A stretch of DNA of 61,114 nucleotides, filler included, from Sphacelaria rigidula (taxonomy: Eukaryota): the NCBI GenBank assembly GCA_964200075.2. It is 3 parts of 3 records of this genome, joined end to end, with 100 filler letters (N's around TTAATTAATTAA, not from the genome) between each part and the next. Parts side by side here need not be neighbours in the genome. Positions count along the whole stretch, not along the records: positions 40,843 to 61,114 come from CAXNAA020000548.1; 2 more parts are not named here. One strand, given 5' to 3'. Below the pieces are notes generated by a model. The model saw only the letters and a list, made by a program, of their open reading frames with translations, did no database searches and was not told the origin of the DNA. Numbering within the stretch: position 1 is the stretch's first letter; every line of letters begins with the position of its first letter. The position numbers and the translations under genes were made by a program. Below, piece after piece: positions 51,665 through 61,114 of this stretch.

Positions 51665-52272
51665 AGTTTGGGTCGTGTTTCAATCGGAAGACATTCAAGA
51701 AGCCGCGAACTCAAAACAATCTGTTTCCAGCGCGAGGTGAGCTTCCACAGGTATCTATCGGGTGCGAGCTCGTGAACTTCGACGAAGCCACGGTCTACAC
51801 TCTGAAATCCAGTCTCTCCGAGACGAATGAAAAGCACGAGTTCCTGGAGACCATGTACGCCGCGATGATGCATTCGTCAAACGAGCCGGGTGTGACTTAT
51901 CGAGCGCTGAAGCTTCAAACTGTCAAGGAATTCTACCTTGAGTCGATTCTCGACCGAGCACAGAATGTGCAAGCCCTGGGTTTAACCCCCGAAACATCGA
52001 AAGAGTGTGGCCTTCGTGAAGAACTGGAGAAAGAGAAGGACACTGTTTCACGTCTGGGCGAGAAGCTTCTAACTTTTTCCAAGGAGATAACGCGTTGCAG
52101 GGAAGTTATACGTGACCTCGAGGAACAACTCGAACGGAAGAGGAAACTCTGCAAAGAGTTTGTCGAGATGAACCCTAGGAAGCCAGTGAAAACGGACAAG
52201 CACTGGCTGATGGGGCAACGCTTCGATGACGAGGAAGAAGAGGAAGGATACAGTGGGGACGAGAATGAATGA
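51661..52272 (+). CDS. Intronless orphan ORF (203 aa) with coiled coil and acidic tail
   Basis: Heptad-like LREELEKEKDTVSRLGEKL...IRDLEEQLERKRK and a DDEEEEEG tail; coding-like codon use. Confidence 0.6.
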   Translation: MKFGSCFNRKTFKKPRTQNNLFPARGELPQVSIGCELVNFDEATVYTLKSSLSETNEKHEFLETMYAAMMHSSNEPGVTYRALKLQTVKEFYLESILDRAQNVQALGLTPETSKECGLREELEKEKDTVSRLGEKLLTFSKEITRCREVIRDLEEQLERKRKLCKEFVEMNPRKPVKTDKHWLMGQRFDDEEEEEGYSGDENE

Positions 52273-53718
52273 AGAAATGCCATGCAATTGTCATTTCCAA
52301 CAAACGTGCCGTTAAACGTACACCTTTCACGGGGGCAACCTCGAATTGACGGAGCTCCACATTTGCTTCGAAGGGGTTCGCAGGCTGTTAGGCACAATTC
52401 TTCCTACAAATCTGGTCGCTCGCATCGCTGCGCCTTCTCTGAGATGTTGCGTCGTGGCGTCATTATAAATTTGATGCGTTATGGTTTTCCACTCGGATTT
52501 TTATGTTTGCGATGGGCATCGGATCAGGATCCGCTAGAGCATTCAGGATGAGCGAGACCACTTTGAATCCGGTGGCGTGAGAAGTTCATCTTTTTACCTG
52601 CACGCAACAAGGTTACTTTCTGGGGTGCATGTTTGTAGCTTCGTGACCCCGTGAGAGGATGGGGTGCAAACTCGACTCAGATAGTCGATCAATGGACACG
52701 ACTGCGATAGTCGATCAATGGACACGACTGTCTGCCGATCAAGATGAGGTAGAAATGTATATAAAGCTTTGTTGATGAAGAGGGAAGGAAGGGGAGTGAC
52801 CGCAGTTGGGGTCAAGGTCTCAACATGCGATGAGCACCACTCACGTATGTCCAGTTACGAACATCACAATATAGAGTCATCCCGCGTAGTACCCGGAACT
52901 CAAACAGATATATCACTAGACTGTTGTACCTTATCCTGACAAGGTGTATCTTACTGACTATCCCAGGCCATCCTACGAACAGTGCACGCACGGGAACGAT
53001 CGTGTGTGGAACGCGATCACAGCATGTTTGCATTTGGTATCATCTATAACAAAGAGAGAGCAAATGAGCTGTAGTGCCTCGAGGATCCGACAGACATCGC
53101 CAGTCACTCGACCACTCCCACATGTTAGTAACGATAACTGGATTTTTTATGCACCAGGACTTGAAAATCAAGAAAACGCGTGCATTCATTGCGGGAATCC
53201 GCAGCACGAGACACGCAGACACACGAGTTCCTTAACGAGAGACAACGGCACCAGCGGCGCGGCCTACGCCGACGGTACATCGTTCCCTGGAATCATTGCT
53301 CCACACCACCGGTAGCACGCGGTGGCAAAGTCTCGCCTTGATCTTCCGCCTCCTACTCCGAATCAGAGTCGTCCGAGTAAGCACTTTGCAACGGTCTCTC
53401 GTAAATGCTAATAATCTTTACTGAAATGAGGACTGGTAATTCGACTTCCTGATGATGCCGTTCAGGTACTGGTCGATTTCCGAAACTTGAATCGAACTGT
53501 CGTTCACGACTTTGCAACCCCGGCCTCTCTTTCGATACTTGACTTCGAGAATCGCTCAGCATACGGCGGAAGCCATGGGTTTAGAATTGTGACACGACTA
53601 CAAGACGACGCATCACGAACCGATGTTTACAGGAAATTCAAGTCAGAGATGTCGCTGACAGTTGTTTCTGGGGCAACAGCTGCCACACATGTGGAAACCA
53701 CATTTTTTCGCAGATGTC

Positions 53719-54420
53719 TTACCACACAAATAATCCTCTATCCGGAATGTATGGAGTGTACTTTACTATCTTAACTTCAGTCGACATCTCTCGCGCTTTG
53801 CACCTCTGGCCATCTCGTTCGCGCGCGATGAGTGCAGTCCGGACGGAGTGAGTGCCGCCACCGTGGCGGAGCAAAACTAACGCTTCTTCGCCGAATCTCC
53901 GAATCAGCGCGTACGCGCCTCTCAACTCTGTCGCACAAGGCCGCACATTGCCCGGCTTCAGGATTAACTCGTTCGTCTCGTCGGTCAGGTCTGCGTTGGC
54001 GCGGACGACGTCCACCGCGGCCACGCTGTCTTCCGCGGACAGCTTCGAAAACAAAGTTCGTCGCGGGTTGCGGGACCGTGCGCATCCACTTCATACACGT
54101 CGTACACACCATGCCTTCGATCGACATCCTCCGCTCCTCGTGAACGATCTTCTGCCTCTTCCGGCGCGCTTGCGGTTGTATTTATCGCCAAGAAGGGCAA
54201 TTGACGTAAGAATGGTGTATAACATTTCGCATGGACACAGGCTGGTGAACAAAGTTTGTCGGTGTTTGACCCGCAACACACCTCTGCCAAACAACCTCGT
54301 AATTAATATGCCAAACTCTCCGGATCAGGCCTTGCCCTTCGTTTGAGAATCGGCAGCATGAAAACAATCGGCGTCGAAGCCGTTTTCGTTTTGCTCGTAC
54401 CTTCTACAACAGCGCGCTAG
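53719..54420 (-). pseudogene. Frameshifted coding relic with tyrosine-recombinase-like motifs (tentative)
   Basis: Across frames: VVEGTSKTKTASTPIVFMLP ... GTHSVR ... AREMSTEVKIVKY, with Tyr 30 residues after the His. Confidence 0.3.
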
Positions 54421-54442
54421 CGGACGGGACGTCACCGGACCA

Positions 54443-54697
54443 CACTGGTGGAGGCCAGCCCCCCTTTGCCCAAGGTGGGGTGGGTAGGGGCCTTGCCGAC
54501 GTGAAAAATCCGTCACATTGTCCAACCTTAGCGAGATTTCTTAGGAATTTTGGACCTTGCCAAGGTATGCAGGCGGCAAGGTGGAGTACTTTAACTTTAG
54601 GACCACCTTACAAAACATTGGGCCTTGGCAAGGTGTGTACAAGGTGTCGCATCCCCCAGTACATACATGGGCTAAGGGGGGCTGGCCTCCACCAGTG
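54443..54697. mobile_element. CMC/EnSpm-like (CACTG) MITE, 30-bp TIRs, 2-bp TSD CA
   Basis: CACTGGTGGAGGCCAGCCCCCCTT(T/A)GCCCA at both ends, inverted, with CA on both flanks. Confidence 0.88.
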
Positions 54698-55072
54698 CAC
54701 GCCTAAGAGACCGTGTGAACCTAACCCTAGCCTGAAGTTGAAAAACCATTTAGCCGCATCTGGAAGAACAAAAACATGACGTGCCATGTTTGCCTCGCAG
54801 ACAGCTCGGCTTCAGATGGCCAAAAACACATGGACACGACCAATCAATCACAACAACTACTTCAGCAATAAAAACACAATATAAAACTGAAGAGTCAACG
54901 CAAAAAGTGAACAATCGGGTTTGCATCAAAATTGCGAGACACGAGCTCTTCAAGTAAAAGATACCCTTGGAGACGTTCATCGCTCCCCACCAAGTGCGTT
55001 CTACCTTTACTGAACTTGAGACCGAATGCAATCTTCTCATTTTCATTCTATGACACCTTTCTCGGACCGCTT

Positions 55073-58000
55073 TTATTTCGCTACAGAAAGATATGCCCTC
55101 TTGATATCTTGAAACACCTTCATATCATTATGCCACTTACTGTGCGCCTGGAGCGCTTGACTGTACGCATCTCCATGGCGACACGCTGTTGAAACATAAG
55201 TCAAATGCTCCGTTGTCGGCCACAGGGGAAGTTTGTCAACCCGGGAAAGATCCAGAAGCCCATACAACGGAAATCCTATGAGAAACTGGCAGGGAGAAGA
55301 CCCCCCTACATCATATTCGTCTGAATCCTTTACTCGTGCCCTCGCTAAGACACACCTCATCCCCAGGCTATAAGGCGTCGGCTCACCGGGATTACAGATA
55401 ATCGTTTGTTGATCCTTCAACGAATCGGCCTAGACTCCGGGAGGGAGCTCGTTGACCGCAAGATGGATCGTGGATGACGCCAAATTGGTGGTCGACCTAG
55501 CCCAAAGGACGCCTATGCCCCTCTCACAAAGTGGTTGCCCAGAGGTAGCTGCTTGTCGGCGAAATCTTCGTCGCTTGTCATGAGACCCGTGAAGCCGACC
55601 CTTGCGTCGTTGACGAGTCCCGTCATTTCGAAGAACGATCTGTCTTTCTCCAGCTCTCAACAAGCCTCTGTCCTCGGTGGTCTTCAAAAGGTCGGTTTCC
55701 TTCTCCATGAGCATGTCCACCGCTTTAGCGGTCCTCGTCTCCTCCCAGGCGTGAGTCCGGCCCTTTTTATATCACTGGCTGTTTCCTTGCACAGACTTCG
55801 TGTAGAGGTGACATTCTCCGACTCGCCGTTGCGGCTTATGAATCGGTACACCTGGACGTTGATGATTGATGCACAAGGTTGCAAGTAGAAACACTCCCAT
55901 TTTTTCCTTCGCGTCCTCAAGTGTCACCATGTCCTGGTTATCATCAGAATCACGAAGCACGTCCCCCGTGGAAATGCGCTGCGTCTGTTGCTCTTACCTT
56001 CTGACCACTCGACGGTGAACACGGTGCATCCTTCCTCCGTCTACCCCTGCGTGATGTTACCTTGGTCCCCGGAATCGTCTCACCGGTTGGCCCGGCTTGA
56101 CGCACGGTGATACCGTACAGGCCGTAGTTCTCCTCCTCACTCTTCCGCCAGATCTCTTCGCTGACGGGCTCATCGTTGTCCAAGCATCTTGCAGCCTCCG
56201 TGAGGTTGAGGAGGGTCAGGTTCCCAACCTCCTTGATTCTCTTGTTTTGGGTTGCAATTCTGTGTGACATCGCGCGGGCTTTGCGGAACAGACTAAGCAT
56301 AAGTTCTGCCTGATGGTTTTCTTTAGACACCACCAGCGGCTCCATCGGGCTGAAAGTTCTTGGAATGCGGTTCTGCTTCTTCCCCGGAGATCGACGACGT
56401 CGCTTGGAGCTTCCAGAGACACCGCCACTATCTGTGTCGGTGTTCTCAGCCGGTCCATCGGTGCTCCCCCCATTGGTGACCCCTCCACTCGAAAACTCAT
56501 CGAGACCATCATCGTCCGCTTTAAGACACCTGGAACAGGTTCCCTGCGGTTCGGTGCAAAAAACAAAGAACAAAACAAATGAATACGTTGCTTGGTCGGG
56601 GTTTTCCTTGGTGTTTTGTGTGCATTCAATTTACTTATGGCCATCTGTCGCCAAATATGTGCTGCAAGAAACACACCCTCAATTTCCGCGAAAAATATGC
56701 AGCTCGCCTCTACGTCAGAAGATAAGCCGCTCTCGCAGCCCTGACAATACTGCGCATTGCACTTGGAGCAATCCATCCCTCGCAACGAGCTCCGCCGCCG
56801 GTAGAGGAACACTCGTCGCTGGTGGTATCTTCGTCGGAGTCTCCATCGGTGTCGTCATCGGCCTCGCCGCTTGGAACATACCCGTCGCCGTCGGCACTGT
56901 CACCGCCATCTCGGACAGAAGGACTCAGGTGAAAAAAAAACAGATTGTCCGGCAAAGAAAATGTAATGAGAGGTCCTCATGTGGCAATGCGACCATCTAG
57001 TTTTACACAGTAAAGAAACGAGCTTTACAGCCAAGCAGGGAACCACAACCCATTTTTCTTACATCTCCGTGTAGATCGCCATCCTCGTCCATCCCTTCTT
57101 GCGCACAGGAGTCCTCTCCATCTTCCTCACGCTTTTCATCTTCATCCCCGCCATCTTCATAGAACCCTCCGCCGGTACCTTTATCACCCACAGACGCTGC
57201 ATCATCCTCCCCACCGCCAACACCACAGGACTCGTTGCCGGAGTCTTCATCATCTTTACCTTCCTCATCTGAATCTCTCGCGCTGGCGTTGCGCGCGGCT
57301 GGGGCATCGTGGGTGGCATCTTCACCGTTATCCGCGGAATCTCTCGCGCTGGCGTTGCGAGCGGCTGGGGCAGCTTGGGGCTCATCTTCACCGTTGCGCG
57401 CGGCGGGGGCAGTCCCAGGCGGTCAACCAGGCGCAAATGCCCCCTGTATTGGACCTCTGTTTTTCCTCGGACTTCCCTGTGTCTGTGAAAAAAGATGGGG
57501 CGACGGGGACGGAACGACCAAGCAAGCATTCGGAATAATCAGTGTCACAAACACAATCCTTATCCACCATACCCGTGCGGTCATCTCATAATTGTTGTGT
57601 CAAAAACACCCTTCTTAAGTGTAGGAAAAATGCGAGATTCCTCATTCACCCGAGTTTTATACCCCCTTTTATTTACCGGGGTGCGATTCTAACAGAAACA
57701 ACTCATTCATGTTGTCTAAACCCCCAAAATGTGCCTGCGATATGCCATTCATTGCGGAGAAAAAGCAAATCAGGAAAAAAGCGAAACCGACCAAGCGGTT
57801 TGTCGCGTGGTAATAGCACATGCTCCTTGAATACAAATGCGGCCCGCAATTAAGAAATATTGAGTTGAGAGACTGGGCCTTTCCGAAAACATAAGCTCAA
57901 CCCCACAAGAAACACAGCTCAAACTGGGCGGAGAGATAAGAAACAGAATAAAGACCGGTGCTATACACACCTGTTGTTGATCGCTGGGATTCGCTCCTCC

Positions 58001-59253
58001 CCGCAGAAATGCCAGCACCATTTTGAAATTGCGTGCAGAATCATCGTCCATCACAAGAAGCTTGTCGCCACTTCTCCTCCGACCACGTACCCAGAAACCT
58101 CTTTCGCTGCGACGACTCCTCGCAGGACGGAAGCGTCTCCCTCCTGCATATGCGCATTTCAGAATCCTGCCGATCCTCGTGCGACCAGTCTTGCGACGAC
58201 GAGCTGCACGCCGCCGCCGATGGGAGCTGCTGTTGTTGTTGGCAGCGTCGCTGCTGTTGTTGCTGGTAGAGTCGCTTCCGTTGTTGCTGGCCGGCGCGAA
58301 CGTCTCGCCGATACGAAGGAGTACGGTTGTAGAGGTCATGGCTGCCTGAAACACCGGGAAAAGAACGGCTCCAACGGCGAACAGTAGTGGCAGAAAAAAG
58401 GCCAGCATCCAAGGAGAAAGGGTGGTTCCTTCGTGTACGACGACAGTCTGCTGCACATTCTCTACAGGACCAGTCTCTGTCTCCTCGTCCTCGTCCACCT
58501 CCTCTCCGCGATTAGCCTCTGTCTCTTCGTCCTCGTCCACCTCCCGCACGACGTCATCTCCGTCCACCTCGTCTTCTACCTCGTCCACCTCCACTGCTCC
58601 GTTCTCATCCGTCTCGTCGTCGTGGTCTAGGAACAAAGGCTGGCATTTGTTCGGACTGGCGAGGTCGTACAAAGCCGAGGCCTGTGTTTACGAAAAGCAC
58701 CACGTGTTCAGGATTAGTTTTCAGGTTGGGTTTTCGGGTGGGGTTTTCAGGTTGGGTTCTCAGGTTGGGTTTTCGGGTGGGGTTTTCGGGTGGGTTTTTC
58801 AGGTTGGGTTTTTCAGGTTGGGTTTTTCAGGTTGGGTTTTTCAGGTTGAGTTTTTCAGGTTGGGTTTCACAGGTTGGGTTTTTCAGGTTGGGTTTGGGTT
58901 TCACAGGTTGGGTTTCTCAGGTTGGGTTTTTCGTGACTCACTTTATCGAAGGCCAAACTCGTCTCACAGTGTGTTCTCACGTCTCCGCCGCGGTCACAAG
59001 ACACCGTTCACCGACCATCCTTGCCGACAAGACTCCACTCGTCCCAGGCGGAGGCGCTGGCGTCCTCCGAGTAGAAGTTGGCGTCGTCATCCCAATATTC
59101 GTCGTCGTCCCATGGATGGCTCCCCATGCTGGACACGCGGGCGGCCGCTTCGACCTCTACGACGACAGTCTGCTGGACCTCCTCTCCGGGATCAGCATCT
59201 GCCTCCTCGTTATCACCCACGTTCTCCACGACTTCATCTTCGCCCACTTCCCC
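55073..59253 (-). pseudogene. Decayed multi-exon gene: acidic low-complexity exons, a Cys cluster and a long 3' exon; function unknown
   Basis: Candidate exons at about 59253-58981, 58681-57972, 57482-57063, 56910-56640 and 56543-55073, mostly with CAG acceptors and GTGAGA, GTGTGT or GTAAGA donors. In-frame stops and frameshifts are present. Confidence 0.5.
58707..58932. repeat. Minisatellite (CAGGTTGGGTTTTT)n, 13-14 bp unit, about 16 copies
   Basis: Read directly. Confidence 0.95.
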
Positions 59254-59339
59254 TACCTACGTTATGATCGAATCAATAAAATGACCAATGAGGCGTTCAG
59301 TGCCATAGCATTCTTCGACGGCAGCGTTTCATCAGGCTG

Positions 59340-61044
59340 ACCGCTCGCCGGAACGTTTAACCCGCCTTGACAGTAAACCTCCCCAGCAGTTGCGCTGACC
59401 GGCAATATGCCTGATGGAGTAATCGCACTGCCCGAGCATAGCCTTCCATTGCTCGAGCCTCTGGGCAGCAGTCTTAGACACGGATGCAACGCACGCCTCG
59501 GGTTGAAAATGTATGCTAGGTTACCATGATCAGTGAATATACGTACCCCACCCCATGGAAGATACTCTAACCTACGAAAAGTACTCACGATTGCATAGTC
59601 TTCCTTGTCCAGCGTAGTCCACCGAACCTGCCTCCACGAAAAACTCCGCTGAGAAACCCCATCAGCTCATGGCTCATGTCTATAACCGCCATTGTACCAC
59701 CCAGCTCATCCTCCGGCATCCGCGTAAGAAAAATATCCAGCTTAGATCCGATGCGTCTGGAAACATGAGCACCTCATACCCCTGCTTGGGATATGACAAA
59801 GCGACAGCATGCGCCACCAAATCTTGCGCCTCGTGCCACGCCTGAGCACGCCTTGACGTTCATACCGACTCCTCGATTGTCCGGTGTGACGTCACTCGCT
59901 TGGTACGGCGCACGTTTCCCTGCATGTGTTACTCCAGTAATACCCGCAACGGCTCCACCACCTCCGCCAAACGCGGCAGGGACGTTCTCAGCCGGTTTAC
60001 CGCCTGCAGGAACTGCATAAGCTCGCCTGCTGTGCGCGGACGCCTGAGATTGGCCAGCCCGCTCAGTCTCTCGTGGTCATGAGCCACTTGACCACCTGAA
60101 GAAACCTTTCCGCACCACGTGATCTGTGTGTCGTAGAACATGAACTTGTGCGCAGTCGCGAAAAAACCAGCATCCTCCAGACGGTCCAAAATCTCGTCCA
60201 GTGTCCACAACAGATCATCCTCATCTTTACTCCACCACAAGATATCATCCACCCATACTTTGCAGTGCAGTCCGGTCAATAATCCTGTCATGATGCCTTG
60301 GGAGTACCCCGACGCATTCAACACCCCTTGCGGCACCCGTGTGGGGGTAAACTGACCTTCGGGAGTCGCGATCGTGAATATTTCTTGTGCATTAGCCGCC
60401 AACGGCATCTGCTAGTAACCCTGCAGCATATCAATCTTGCCAAAACACGCAGCGCCTAGCAGGTCGATCATCTCCGCCTCGTGGTTAGGCATGGCATGCG
60501 GAACCTTCTCAATCTGCTTGTTTACCGCGCGATAATCACCCACCAGTCGATAACCGCCCTTCTTCGGCGTCGCCATGGCCGCACTCGCCCGCATTGCCTG
60601 TAAGCTGCGAAATACGAGCCCAAGCGCCACCAGCGTCGCCATGCATCCTGCGAACCACGTCGCCTTCACAAGGGAATACACCCGCGGGCTCGCCTTGACT
60701 GCTGTAGCCCCAGGTTTGAATCTCACCTTCAATAGCTCTACACGAGCAAGCGGATCACCGCGCAGTGCTTGCCGAAGAGCGTTGACACGGCGCCCGACAA
60801 CCTCCCGAAGCCTATCAACGCCGCTAGCCGACATACGCTAGTCCGCAGCCGCCTGTACTGCATGATCCAGTGCAACACGACGGTCTGCCATCTCTTCCTC
60901 TGGATTCATGTTCATCTCGGTACCACGCGACATGAATCGCGCAACGGAGAGATTCACAGGCTCCTCTTGTCCACCTGGGTCCTGTGGCGCCTCAATCGCA
61001 ACGCTCACACGCCTACATTCTCGGAATTCAGGCGTATCTGACAC
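59340..61044 (-). mobile_element. Ty3/Gypsy pol relic (RT and RNase H)
   Basis: PKKGGYRLVGDYRAVNK, KIDMLQGY*QMPL, PTRVPQG, WVDD, and RNase H motifs MFPDAS and FTDHGNL, with in-frame stops. Confidence 0.95.
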
Positions 61045-61114
61045 TTTCTACGATAGCCCCCCCCCCAAAAAGTGCATGGTTTTGGGAGGCAAAATCGTCA
61101 CGTGAATTAAAATG

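Noticed and set aside
58422-59340. 281-aa and 218-aa plus-strand ORFs
   Set aside because: Antisense to acidic exons and running through the 14-mer minisatellite.

Overview
Eukaryotic, repeat-dominated sequence with spliceosomal-type splice signals and no prokaryotic features. The transposon repertoire looks brown-algal/stramenopile; this is inferred from a recalled LINE C-terminus and not verified. Two 100-nt spacers (N44-TTAATTAATTAA-N44) split the window into three pieces of 20322, 20320 and 20272 bp. These look like size-sorted unplaced scaffolds, so adjacency across the spacers is not biological. Contents: decayed non-LTR retrotransposons (an RTE-like 3' fragment with a TAA tail, and three copies of a second LINE that all end in a C-tract); an LTR-to-LTR Copia derivative encoding only Gag and protease; a Ty3/Gypsy RT-RNase H relic; three tRNA-derived SINEs; several MITEs with recognisable TIRs and TSDs; several tandem arrays (units of about 14, 75, 78, 135, 137, 142, 150/300 and 310 bp); and decayed multi-exon genes of unknown function. 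No intact conserved host gene was recognised. Best leads: (1) a LINE family with a poly(C) 3' tail whose target duplication starts in a C/G run, suggesting G-primed insertion; (2) a 48-54.4 kb block with a 310-bp hairpin-containing array, an intronless orphan ORF pair and a possible tyrosine-recombinase relic; (3) a Gag-protease-only Copia element with about 1 kb of unidentified filler. All alignments were done by eye.
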